Under the pieces are notes generated by a model. It saw only the letters and a program-made list of their open reading frames with translations, was not told where the DNA came from and did not search any database. From an uncultured Gammaproteobacteria bacterium (GTDB taxonomy: Bacteria; Pseudomonadota; Gammaproteobacteria; UBA9214), in NCBI GenBank assembly GCA_963748215.1, contig CAVVHS010000008.1, forward strand, positions 416,001 to 480,000: 64,000 nt of DNA, written 5' to 3'. Shown here piece after piece: positions 22,625 through 33,518 of this stretch. Made by a program: the position numbers and the translations under genes. Positions within the stretch are counted from its first letter, which is position 1. The number at the start of each line of letters is the position of its first letter.

Positions 22625-24688
22625 ATGGCAGAACAAACCGATATTTCCGAAATCATGCGCAAAGCCTAAGCTCTGCTGATACTGGCCAGGCCTCGTCAGC
22701 ACTGTCGCTTTACCGGCAAGTCATCGAGCTTGATCCGAACAACGCTGAAGCCTGGCTTATGCATGGAGCCATAATCGGTGAAACCGGGGATATCAAGTCG
22801 GCCGAGACCTCCATCAGGAAAGCACTGGATATCAACCCCCAATACACTGATGCATATTTGACGCTCGCAGGGCTGCAGCAGGTAACTGGACAGCATCACG
22901 CAGCCCTCAGAAGCTATGAGGCTGCCGTCACAGTATCACCTGATGATCCGGATGCCCATTTTCAGCTCGCAGGGATGCTGGTCCTTGAACAAGCATGCTG
23001 AGGCGCAGGAACACGCACTCAAGGCGACGCAGTATGATCATGAGTATAGCGAGGCATGGCAACTCCTGGGCTGGCTACAGCAGCTAAACGGGCACATCGC
23101 CGACGCGTAAAAAAGCTACAGATGGGCTCTTGAACTGACACCCGATGACACAAATATAGATGGCGCTTTGGGGGCAATAGCGGCCAAGTCAGGAAAATAC
23201 ACGCAAGCCATCAAACACCTGAGAAAGCGCCTCCAATCGCAGCCGGGTGATATTGAATCACGCAATACGCTGGGCATTTCCCTAATAGGGACAGGGAGGC
23301 TAGAGGAAGCTGAAAATACCTTGGCGGAAGTCCTTAAGTTGCAACCCACCCATGCCAGCGCAAATGCGAATATGGGCATAGTGTTGCAATACTCCGGACA
23401 ACTCTGGAAAGCCCGAGACTTCATGGATAAAGCGGTAAAGTCAGATCCGCGGAGACCCGATCTCCACTATCAGCTTGCCGGCGTCCTGTCCGGACTTGGT
23501 GAATATGAGACCGCCCTGTCCCATTGCCAAACTGCCAGTCAACTGGATCCAGGATACAGCGATGCAATCGCAGGACAGGCAGAGATTCATCATAAACGTG
23601 GTGAATATCAGGAAGCATGTAACCTGATCAAGCCGCTACTGCTAGTCAAGCCGGTAAATATACAAGCCGCCATAGTTAATGCCGGCATTAGTAAACATGT
23701 GAATACAGGAGTAAACAGCATCACCTTACTGGAGAGTATCGCTGAAACGCAAAACCCAACCAGTCAGGAACAAATCCAGATACACAGCGCACTAGGTAAG
23801 CTTTACGACCGAGCAGGAAACTACGATAAAGCCTTCGAGAATTTCAAAAGATCAAATATTGTCAGGGAAAGCGAGTATAAGCCGGCCGAACACGAGAAAG
23901 TCATAGACGCGATTATCGGAACCTTCAGCCCGGATCTTGACTTCCCGGAATCGTCTAACCGATCCGAGATACCAATATTCATTATCGGCATGCCACGTTC
24001 CGGAACAACCTTGATCGAACAGATACTTGCAAGCCACCCGAAAACAACCGGCATGGGGGAATTTCTTGGCATCACGCAATCATTGGAGGAGATACCGGGA
24101 ACATCTGCTTCATTTCCGGGCTATATCCCCGAGCTTGACGCAAAAGCGATTGACTTTCTATCAAACGAGCTCATGAAACGGATACAGGCTTCCGCACCGG
24201 ATGCATCAAGAATTGTAATCAATGAGCGTCCTTCCTATTTATTTCTGGGTTTGTTGAGAAAGGTTTTCCCTGGTGCCCGCTTTCTTCATTCTGTTCGAAA
24301 TCCGCTTGACACATGCCTGTCCTGTTACTTCCAGCTGCTTTCCAGCAAATATTCGTACGCATGCAGGCTTGAGCATCTGGGACATTACTATAGGCAATAC
24401 CGGAGACTCATGAATCACTGGGAACATACCCTCAACATCCCAATATTTACGATAAATTATGAAGACATGGTGAACAATCAGGTTGACACCACCCGAGCGC
24501 TCATCGAATTCTGCGAACTGCCCTGGGATGACAGCTGCCTGCGTTTTTACGAACACAAGAGAAATGTGGTTACACCGAGCTATGATGACGTACATCAACC
24601 AATCTACAAAACATCAACATCTCCTCGATGGAAGAACTACGAACACCATATACTGGAACTCATCGCTATGCTCGGGGAAATCGACTAA
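22625..24688 (+). CDS. TPR repeat sulfotransferase (5' TPR part frameshifted)
   Basis: PIFIIGMPRSGTTLIEQILASHP (5'-PSB loop), RNPLDTCLSCY, YEDMV; upstream TPR fragments at 22759-23001 and 22916-23110 in different frames. Confidence 0.85.
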
Positions 24689-24757
24689 CAATCCAGCCCC
24701 TGTGCAAAGTAGGAAACCATATCAGCATATCAGGCCCATGACCGCTGCCATCCATGA

Positions 24758-25292
24758 TCAGTAATCCCGACCTGCTACGACAGGCTGTTTTATAATCATG
24801 AATCTTCCAGCGAAGCCTTGAACAGGCTGGCATCCTGATGTGCAGACCGCGGGCAGTCCAGAAACGATGGTGTACCAGCCATTGACAACGCGATCCGCGT
24901 CCCGCAATTCAGCCCGCCAGCCGGCGTCTTCGGCAAGCCATATTGCCCGTGCGAGAAAACCCGGCTCGTCAGTGATTACCAGTTCGGTCATCCACATTTC
25001 GTCCAGCAATGCAGCGCTCATTAAGGAGCGATAGCTATTACCGCGACGACTGACGATCAGCAACACTCGGCAACTCAGCTTCAAACACACCCTGCAGCTA
25101 TGGATCACCTGGTGATAGAACGGGACCGCTAGCCACAGCGAAAATCAACGTGCTACTCTGCTCATCCCGATTGCGCAACAGCGGGTTGAAAATCGCCTGG
25201 AATGTATTGAGCCCCGCTTGATAAAACGCAGGCCAATCGCCCGAGAAGACGTGTAAAAGTATGGTCGCCATAAAAAGCTTAAGTAGTGCCAT
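24758..25292 (-). pseudogene. possible degraded GT41/SPINDLY-like C-terminal fragment
   Basis: GNSYRSLMSAALL..TELVITDEPGFLARAIWLAEDAGWRAELR resembles the end of the 17906-19666 protein (GRVGNSLL..ECIAQSSDNYVDLAVALA..RLEQLR). Confidence 0.35.
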
Positions 25293-25413
25293 TCGGATCT
25301 AACCCCGTTTATCGCTTGACCTTCCTTTCATAATGATTCGTTTGTAAATTGGGCATTATGTGGGGTCAACATTACATCGGCACAATCGAGCATGATCCCA
25401 TTGAGTCCTGCTT

Positions 25414-26046
25414 TCAGATATACCCCATCATTTTTAGTATGTCTCCGTTGATTACTGTAAATTTTTCCAGAAGGCTATCGGAAAACTCGTTCCTCCAATC
25501 ACTTTCACGTTTCACCCACTGTCCGTCTATACCAGCGATTGTGTCTCTTGCAGGTATTTGCTTTTTTAAAGCATCCCTTTTCAAAAACACGCCAAGTTTA
25601 TCCAGTGTTGCTGGCATATTGTTCTTCATGTCCTCGTATTCAATCAGCAAGGTATTCGGGCGATTGCAGGGATCCCATGCACGCACATGGTCTGACCACG
25701 TGCCAAATCTGTGCTGTCCCTCAATAATGGCATCCAGTGGCAGCATGCCATTATAAAATTTCCACAAGCTTATGCTTGCTGCTCTGCCGTCACGGATAAC
25801 GTATATTGCAGGATACATATCGCTAGGATGTTCATGTGTCTTAATCAGTGGAATGGTGTGTTGCGGGAAGCGAATTCTTCGATCTTGGTCGTGTTCAAGA
25901 TGACCTACATATTCCTCCAGTTTTCTGTTTGACCCAAGGTCATCAGGATAAATACTTGCGGAGCGGAGCCCGAAACACTGCCATAATATTGTTCTCAGGA
26001 ATGTGTTTCCGCTACGCGGATACGATGCAAGCCAAACCACTTTCAT
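25414..26046 (-). CDS. sulfotransferase domain protein
   Basis: WLASYPRSGNTFLR PAPS-binding motif, IKTH, YVIRDGR, YEDM. Confidence 0.88.
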   Translation of the reverse strand: MKVVWLASYPRSGNTFLRTILWQCFGLRSASIYPDDLGSNRKLEEYVGHLEHDQDRRIRFPQHTIPLIKTHEHPSDMYPAIYVIRDGRAASISLWKFYNGMLPLDAIIEGQHRFGTWSDHVRAWDPCNRPNTLLIEYEDMKNNMPATLDKLGVFLKRDALKKQIPARDTIAGIDGQWVKRESDWRNEFSDSLLEKFTVINGDILKMMGYI

Positions 26047-26564
26047 GTTGTCGATATCACCATCTGCTATCTATTGTTGAAATAGTTTACGAGCCAATTC
26101 CTGGCATATCAATTTCAGACTGCCCTCTAGGTTTACGTACATGGCATGATGGGGCTGGAGTTAAAGAACGAATCAATCGAGTCCGACCACATTGATTTCG
26201 CTTGCGCCGCCTGTCTTCGGCACGTGCACGAACACAGCCTCGCTGCCCACAACACGACTCATGTCAACATACTAATATTCAAAACCAAGATACAACACCT
26301 TCATGTACAATGAATTTTTAACTGCGCGTTAAACCACCAAGCGGTGTAGGATCAAAAAAGCGACGCGATAATCAGAGATTTCAATAAGCGGAAATACCCC
26401 TTATATAGCATCTGATGATCCCACTTTGCGTACCTGAGTTTGCAGCTTTATGCGATTATTCGAGCCAGTTACTCTGCCACACTAACCAAAATTACTGCAT
26501 GGAATCGTATTCAGATGGTTGGCAGCATACTCATATCACATATACGGGACATGAGAGGAACAAA

Positions 26565-27452
26565 ATGAAAACACGTAACTTATTTATATTAATGACAATA
26601 ATTGTCGGCTTTCTTGTAACAGGCTGTACCGGATTACAGACATTCACTACCGCTGCACGTCCCGGTGACACCATCGCTCTAACGATGGGATGGAACCAGG
26701 AACTGTCCAGAGACGACCTGACAGTAACGATCACACCGGCAATCGGAGACCCGGTTACCTATTTACCGGGTAACCCTGCTGTGCGTGCGCTGATCAACCT
26801 GCATCCAGACCCGATTTCCAGACTCATTGTGGAACGCGAGACAGGCGACTTCTCCGACAACGGCTACTTCTACTCGGTGCTCATGGAGAACACTGTCACC
26901 GGCCCTGACAAGGATTTCTTTCAGAAAGTCCTGTTGATGGACCTGCCTTCGGGCATTGCTTCCGGCACGGCCGCCGTTTCTTTTTCCAGCAGCGGTGGTG
27001 AAAGCCTGCCATCGCAGTATGTGGAAATTCTTTCCGGCACAGGGACCAGGAACAACTTCCAGATCCAGGAGGGACTATCGCCAACTCTCGGACAGCAACT
27101 CGTTCTGGCAGAGCGAGCCTCACACTATACGGTATCATTCAGCGGCACGGTCGTTCCCCATGCAATTCAGGTTGACCTCACACATGACGCCGACGAGAGT
27201 CTTGGCGGTACTGGCGTGCCCTATGTTGTCAGCACACGGGGTGCGGACAAGAAGGGTGCCTATTGGTCAGACGACGGGTCCAGCATGCGGGTTATCCTGA
27301 TCCCGAACAATTCAGCACTTGGCGATCTGGTAAATTTCAAGTTTTATATCGCCGGTGGTCTACAGAACCTGCAGGTTGCATCTGTCAGTGCCTACGATAT
27401 TGACGGAAACCCTGTGTCCGGTGTCAATGCTGCAGTCTCATCGTTCCCGTAA
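26565..27452 (+). CDS. uncharacterised lipoprotein
   Basis: GAGG RBS, MKTRNLFILMTIIVGFLVTG-C lipobox, beta-rich mature part. Confidence 0.75.
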   Translation: MKTRNLFILMTIIVGFLVTGCTGLQTFTTAARPGDTIALTMGWNQELSRDDLTVTITPAIGDPVTYLPGNPAVRALINLHPDPISRLIVERETGDFSDNGYFYSVLMENTVTGPDKDFFQKVLLMDLPSGIASGTAAVSFSSSGGESLPSQYVEILSGTGTRNNFQIQEGLSPTLGQQLVLAERASHYTVSFSGTVVPHAIQVDLTHDADESLGGTGVPYVVSTRGADKKGAYWSDDGSSMRVILIPNNSALGDLVNFKFYIAGGLQNLQVASVSAYDIDGNPVSGVNAAVSSFP

Positions 27453-28037
27453 TAATATTGAACACCGCGATCAACTTAAGTAATACCAATTAAGGCACGA
27501 ATCGGATACGTCTGCTTATTTGCAGGCTCTGCGCGAATACTATGGGATAAGGAGCCAGCATTCCGGCACCCGTCAAACCAGCCGGATTACATATAATCAG
27601 GACAGGGCACTGGAGATAATGCATTTATCAGCGTTTAGCCGCCTGATACCTGATAGCCAAAGATTCAATCCAGCCCTGGATGATGCATTCCCTGGACTTC
27701 GGCACATGTAACCCTTAGCAGGTAACTTTATGCGCTGGCCACAATAACGTTGTATTTTCCTTGAGTCGTACCTTCAAATCGCAATGTTGGGATTCTGTAT
27801 CACCACCTTTGGCGACCGTATTCAGATATGTCATCCTTGCCAGCCGATCATGTCTGCACATATTTTATCGCTGAGATCGTAATTATATTTTCCTATCCAA
27901 TTATCCAAGCACGATGAAACACGATCGAGACCAGACAGCAATCATTGCGCCATGTCGGAACAGGTCCGGCACAAGGAGTCACCGTACCATGGCAGGTTGA
28001 TCATGCTACTGTGGCAAGTGAAGGAATAATATAAAAA

Positions 28038-28665
28038 GGGGCTGTCCTGGATAACGGAGGTTATTTAGGATGATTGGATGAGGAAGTGACGACTCAGCAA
28101 GGTCAAGCAGGATCGATTAATCGAGCATTTTGTTGCTTGCGACAACGTCACGCGTAGCCGCAGCCCTGGTTGTAGTTAACAAGAACACGGCAGCTTATTA
28201 CTATCTACGTCTGCGTGAGCTGATCTGGGCGGTCACAGAAGACAGCACGCCGTTCTGTGGCGAGGTAGAAGTGGATGAGAGTTATTAAGGTATATGCGCG
28301 CATTATTCCGGATGCCCGGTCTACCACTTTGTTGCCGATCATGAAGGAGAAGGTCCAGCCGGATAGCATTGTGTATACCGATACGTTTGCCAGTTACAAC
28401 GTACTGGATGTTTCCGAATTCAAGCACTACCGAATAAATCACAGTGCGTTTTTTGCAGACAGGAAGAATCACATTAACGGGATTGAGAACTTGTTGAATC
28501 AGGCAAAGCGTTACATGAGAAAATTTAACGGCATCCCTCGCGTCCATTTTCATCTCTATATGCGCAAGTGTGAGTGGCGATTAACAACCCGGACCCAGAA
28601 GCACAATCACGACAGTTGAAACAATTAGTTAGAGAGGTAATAGGCTAATTATCTAGGACAGCCCC
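28038..28665 (+). mobile_element. IS1595-family (IS1016-like) element, internally deleted
   Basis: Terminal inverted repeats GGGGCTGTCCTGGATAA / TTATCTAGGACAGCCCC; transposase remnants GEVEVDESY, DSIVYTD, HYRINHS, NHINGIEN, CEWR with stops and a gap. Confidence 0.85.
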
Positions 28666-28815
28666 TAAAAATAATAGAAACACTGCGGTTGAGTCCAGCA
28701 GGTTTAGTCCAGCAGGTTTCTACTGGAAGAAATCTTGTATCATGGAAAATCGAGCCGAGGCTTCATCCGATACATTTGATGAAACCCCGGCCGCATGAAC
28801 TAAACAGATTAACAG

Positions 28816-31800
28816 CTAGTGTATCTGCCTTTTGACGAGCCGCCGGACACCCAATCCGGCAAGTAACAGGCCTATCAACCACCAGTCAGCCCGCATACTC
28901 GTCCGTGTATCTGACTGGATGGCCACGCAACCACCACCCCCACCGGCGCTGACCGGTACCGCCCCGTTACCCGCCGGGACACCCGGATCCACCACAACAC
29001 CATTCCTCGTAAAGTCAGCGTCATTGACACCGCCATCCACGATAGTCAGGCGAACACATTCATCCCCCTCGACGATAAATGTATTGCCGTTACTGTCAAC
29101 GGGTGCGTCATAGGCAGGATCAGTCGGATCCGGACAATTACCATTGGGTAGTTTTCCAGCAGACGCCAGAGCATTGCCACCACCAACAGTGAACGGTACC
29201 CACCCCTTGGTTGGCGTATACTTTCTATAGTTAGGCAACGCTGGCATCAGGGTGTTATAGGGAATCACCACCTGAACAGCATCTCCCGGCATAAGTCCCT
29301 CAACAATAAAATCACGGATACCATCAGCAATCGGGCCAATACCGGCGACCTGACTCAGGATATCGGTTGAATTTCCTGTTGGTGTGATGCCGGGGCCGGC
29401 AAATATCCCGATTTCGGTCTCTGTGGTCGAGAAGATTCCATGTCCCGCTGCTGTGGTGACCTGCCCCAGACGCAGTCGACCTGCGCTTGAAACAATGTCG
29501 CCGCTGGCCGGATCACTGAAATCGATCCGGTTACGACCTGGATCAACGGCACCGTCGATCGCATCCTGATACTCAGGAATACCATCATTATCGGCATCGC
29601 CGTAGCCTTCTGCCGCATCATTGACTCCGTCACCATCTGAATCATTTGCAGCGGACAGAACCGGCGCAGTATTGACGATTCTCAGAACGAGTTGGGCATT
29701 GATTGACAGGGGTGACGCCGCATTGTCGTCAGATACGACAACCCTCAGCGCTATCGGGCCGGCAGGAAGACCGGCTGGATCAAACATGAAACTGGACTGG
29801 TCGGTCGCGCCAACCGCCGCCGCGACAACCGCTGCCGGGCTCTGGCTCCAGTCATATACCAGCCCTTCGCCATCAGGTTCTGTTGCGGTCACCGTCGCCG
29901 TCACAAAGCCATCAGGTCTAACGACAATACTAGTTGGATCCAAGGCAGCTTGGGATGCACTGATACCCGTCACCTGTGGTGGGTTATTCACTACGAATGG
30001 TACCGAATCGGCCGTTATAACACCCTCAAGTCGCCAGTGGGCATTGAAGTTGTTGAATGCACCCGTCGGGTCCTCCAGAGGAGTAATAATATGCTGCCAG
30101 GTCATCACATAATTGAAAGTACGTGTCGTCCCGTTATCATCCATGTTGTCCGCGGTAATCGTTGCACTCAACGTTCCATCATCCGGATCGAGGAAGAAAG
30201 CATTGGGTGTTGCCGAGTTGTACAGCCCCGAGAACGGCATACTTTCGATGGTTAGAATAGATGTAGCGCCCGACACTGTTACAAAACCACTGGGCGGCAG
30301 TGCCGTTTCCGATGGCGGGTCAAAGGTAAAGGGGACAAACGGGAAGCCCGTGAACATAAATCCCGGTGTGATGGGACCTTCCGGCTGGGGGTTGGTCCCG
30401 AACTCAGGCGGATCAATAAAGTTAATGATGGGTTGAAATACACCAAATCGGATACCGATCGGATTTAAGTTACCATCCAGATCGGTGCCAGACCCGGAGA
30501 ACCTAGTATTTAGGGGATCGGTAAACCCGACGTCACCCGTATCATCACTGGAAAAACGGTTGGCCAGAGAACAGAGCGCGTCGAGGGAATTGAACTTGAA
30601 GCAGCCGGCAAGACCGTCCCCATCCAAATCCGAGATTGTCATGCTTAGGATCCGGAAATTCTGGCCGGTGACGACATCAACAGTACGCACCACCTGGACC
30701 GCATTATTGCCCGCGGAATCAGCACAATCATAGGTCACCGGATAGGATCCGGGCGTATTGGTATCGACAGCACTGGCGTCAACAACCAAGTTGGCACTGA
30801 TATCAACTGAACCGGCATCAACCGGGTTGGTGTCTGTACATACGGCACCGGGATCGAGGAAGGTGCCGCCAACTGCAACGACCTGTGGATTGGGTGGATT
30901 CAGTGAAATCACCGGAACCTGGTTATCGGCGAGCACATTCACCGTGCGAATAGCGACTGTCGGGCCGTTCAAGGCAGTATCATCACAACTGAACGTGATT
31001 ATATTGCCAGTTGACGGCGTGCTTGTATTAATTACGATCGGATCAGGATTGCTGAAGAAGGGCGGCGTGGTACTACCCAATGCAATAATCCCGTCAAAAT
31101 CGTCAACACAGGTTGCGCCGGCATCGACATAGGGAATACCGACCAGGATATCCACGGTGGTCCCATCAACGGCATCACTACGACCCGCCTGTGGTGCAGC
31201 GACATCCAGTGTAAGCACCGGCGGGGTCGTATCGGTACCGACCACTACGGTACGGGTTGCCTGCGCAGGGTTGTTTTGTGAGTCTGTGCAGTCATAGACG
31301 ACCGTGAAGGTGCCGCCCGGGCCGGTATTCGGGGTGTTTGGATTGTTGTCCGTCGTCACAAGATCTGGTGCGCTAATCTGACCATCGACCACATCCTGAC
31401 AGACAGCACCATCATCGACATAGGGTACGTTGGGCGCCACATTGGTCGTGAGGTCGCCGCTAGCACCGAATCCACCATTGTTAATAAAGATTACCGGTGC
31501 CGAATCAGTGACTGTTGCCACGCCCTCCAGTCGCCAGTTTGACTGGAAGGTGTTGAACGCGCTGGTGGGGTCGTTAATTGTACCAACCCACCGAATCGTT
31601 GTATTGACAGTACCGTCACCGTTACTCGTCAACGGAAACCCACTGTCGACAGCAACCGCATTGAGGCTATCCGGCCCCAGAATAAACTGGGTGCCACCAA
31701 AGATGCCACCGAAATCAAGGGCAGTAAAGGAAATCCCCAAGGTACCGGTACTGTCGGCGACAAAAATCTGCGCATCCATGTTGCCAGTACCAGCGCCATC

Positions 31801-32133
31801 AGTGACATTGGGCGCAAATATTCCCGTACCGCCGAAGTTAAAGCCGGTTGAAAATACATTGGTTCCTATCTCACCGACATTGAAAAAAACCGGATCACAG
31901 GTATTGCCATCCAGTGCTGCTGTACAACCGGTTTCGCCTGTGGCTCCGAATGTGTTGGGTCCATTTCCAGGTGGCACACTGAAGAAAGCGAAGTCACTTT
32001 TAAGGCCGTCACTATTATAGTCCTGCAGATCCAAGGAGATGATCGGATCGGCTGTGGCAACGGTAGCTGTCAGTGCGCCGATTGTTAACGCAAGCGCTTT
32101 TGCAAAGCAGTTTTTATGATGGATGTGATTCAT
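28816..32133 (-). CDS. large cell-surface protein: signal peptide, two copies of a novel domain, three DUF5011-like Ig repeats, choice-of-anchor-U-like domain, GGGGGC-TM-basic C-terminal sorting signal
   Basis: PV(I/L)...YVD.GA.C.D..DG...V.Y.C.D...RTV.V repeats; DSDGDG Ca-binding-like motifs; VRLTIVDGGVNDAD..NGVVVDP; C-terminus GGGGGC...DWWLIGLLLAGLGVRR. Confidence 0.85.
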   Translation of the reverse strand: MNHIHHKNCFAKALALTIGALTATVATADPIISLDLQDYNSDGLKSDFAFFSVPPGNGPNTFGATGETGCTAALDGNTCDPVFFNVGEIGTNVFSTGFNFGGTGIFAPNVTDGAGTGNMDAQIFVADSTGTLGISFTALDFGGIFGGTQFILGPDSLNAVAVDSGFPLTSNGDGTVNTTIRWVGTINDPTSAFNTFQSNWRLEGVATVTDSAPVIFINNGGFGASGDLTTNVAPNVPYVDDGAVCQDVVDGQISAPDLVTTDNNPNTPNTGPGGTFTVVYDCTDSQNNPAQATRTVVVGTDTTPPVLTLDVAAPQAGRSDAVDGTTVDILVGIPYVDAGATCVDDFDGIIALGSTTPPFFSNPDPIVINTSTPSTGNIITFSCDDTALNGPTVAIRTVNVLADNQVPVISLNPPNPQVVAVGGTFLDPGAVCTDTNPVDAGSVDISANLVVDASAVDTNTPGSYPVTYDCADSAGNNAVQVVRTVDVVTGQNFRILSMTISDLDGDGLAGCFKFNSLDALCSLANRFSSDDTGDVGFTDPLNTRFSGSGTDLDGNLNPIGIRFGVFQPIINFIDPPEFGTNPQPEGPITPGFMFTGFPFVPFTFDPPSETALPPSGFVTVSGATSILTIESMPFSGLYNSATPNAFFLDPDDGTLSATITADNMDDNGTTRTFNYVMTWQHIITPLEDPTGAFNNFNAHWRLEGVITADSVPFVVNNPPQVTGISASQAALDPTSIVVRPDGFVTATVTATEPDGEGLVYDWSQSPAAVVAAAVGATDQSSFMFDPAGLPAGPIALRVVVSDDNAASPLSINAQLVLRIVNTAPVLSAANDSDGDGVNDAAEGYGDADNDGIPEYQDAIDGAVDPGRNRIDFSDPASGDIVSSAGRLRLGQVTTAAGHGIFSTTETEIGIFAGPGITPTGNSTDILSQVAGIGPIADGIRDFIVEGLMPGDAVQVVIPYNTLMPALPNYRKYTPTKGWVPFTVGGGNALASAGKLPNGNCPDPTDPAYDAPVDSNGNTFIVEGDECVRLTIVDGGVNDADFTRNGVVVDPGVPAGNGAVPVSAGGGGGCVAIQSDTRTSMRADWWLIGLLLAGLGVRRLVKRQIH

Positions 32134-32180
32134 GATATCAAACCTGTTCGTTAGTTATCGGCAGACATGGCCGCACGTTA

Positions 32181-33518
32181 TTACATTTTGAAAGTGAACG
32201 AGACCTCTGCCGAGTTCTGTTCCATTTCCAGCGCCATATCACCCGGCCCGGTCTCGGTAGCATTCGGGAAGAAATTATCGAATTGACCGCCTGAATTCGC
32301 GACACCGGATTCCTTGTTCTGTAATGCATGGACAAATGTAAACGTCCATTCAAGCTTCTTGTCAGGCCGGTAGGTAATGCCCGCTGTTATATGCTTTTCG
32401 GTAACAGCCGGTGCAATGGCACTGAACAGAAGCTGGTCAGACGGCATTGGCGCTTTGCCGTAATTAAAGCCGAGCATGAGATCAAATTTCGGGCTGTACT
32501 GATAAAGGAGCCCCAGCTTGTAGATATCCTGGTCTTCCCAGCCAAAACCGGCTCCGCCATCCGCGCCGAGAAAGCCTGCAGGGGTGGTGAAGACCTCAAT
32601 CGGCGTACCGATTGCCGCAACATCACTGTAATAAACACGCTGCCAGTCGAAGGCAAGCACCAGATTATCACTAAGATCCAGCGACAGTCCCAGACCTATG
32701 TTTTGAGGGTTATCCATATTGCCCTGTTCGGCAAACGTACCTTTATACTTGTCAAATTCAGTAAAATATATTTTCGATGTGTAAGCAGCGCCCACTCGCA
32801 ACCAGTCTGTCAGTTCGCCCTGCCATCCGAGCCTCAGGCCGGCGCCATATGCCCAGTCATTACCCTTGTTGGACAGGTTGTCAGGAAATGCGCTGAACGG
32901 CTTGAATACGCCCAGACCAAATGCCCTGAAAGTCTGGATACCAATTACGGGCGATACAGCAACGGTGTGACGCTTGTTCAACATGTAGGCTACGGTCATC
33001 GCCATCTGTGCCTGCGCGAAATTCATGCCAAGAGTGTCACCAACATCGGTACGACCTGCCGGGTTGAAAAAGTTAAAACCCAGCGGGCTGAGGCGGGTAT
33101 ACCGGGTACCACCGCCGCCGGCACCGACAAAACTGAAACCCATATAGATTTTTCGATTAAATTTGTAGACAGCACCCATTGCCGGTATCAGAAACTGGTC
33201 CGCTTTGCTGTCGTACTCAATCGGGTTTCCGGCATTGGGTGCCGGACGCGGATCAGGAATGGTCACAGTCGCTTTCGGTGCGAAGTACATCATGCTCAGA
33301 TCGAGACGCATTGCACCAGGGATATCAATACTGGTGATGCCAGCAGGGTTCAACTGATTGGCAATAGCGTCGGGTGTATAACCTATACCGACGCCACCCA
33401 TCGCCCGGGATTTTGCACCGAAGCCAATAAGGTAGATGCCATTTGTTGCAAAGGAAGGAGCTGATAAAACCAGTAATACGAGCGAAACAAACAGTTTGGG
33501 CGAGTATCTATTAAACAT
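32181..33518 (-). CDS. FadL/OmpP1 family outer-membrane transport protein
   Basis: Signal peptide then TNGIYLIGFGAKSRAMGG..NPAG, GFGWEDQ, alternating beta strands; GGAG RBS before MFNRY. Confidence 0.88.
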   Translation of the reverse strand: MFNRYSPKLFVSLVLLVLSAPSFATNGIYLIGFGAKSRAMGGVGIGYTPDAIANQLNPAGITSIDIPGAMRLDLSMMYFAPKATVTIPDPRPAPNAGNPIEYDSKADQFLIPAMGAVYKFNRKIYMGFSFVGAGGGGTRYTRLSPLGFNFFNPAGRTDVGDTLGMNFAQAQMAMTVAYMLNKRHTVAVSPVIGIQTFRAFGLGVFKPFSAFPDNLSNKGNDWAYGAGLRLGWQGELTDWLRVGAAYTSKIYFTEFDKYKGTFAEQGNMDNPQNIGLGLSLDLSDNLVLAFDWQRVYYSDVAAIGTPIEVFTTPAGFLGADGGAGFGWEDQDIYKLGLLYQYSPKFDLMLGFNYGKAPMPSDQLLFSAIAPAVTEKHITAGITYRPDKKLEWTFTFVHALQNKESGVANSGGQFDNFFPNATETGPGDMALEMEQNSAEVSFTFKM

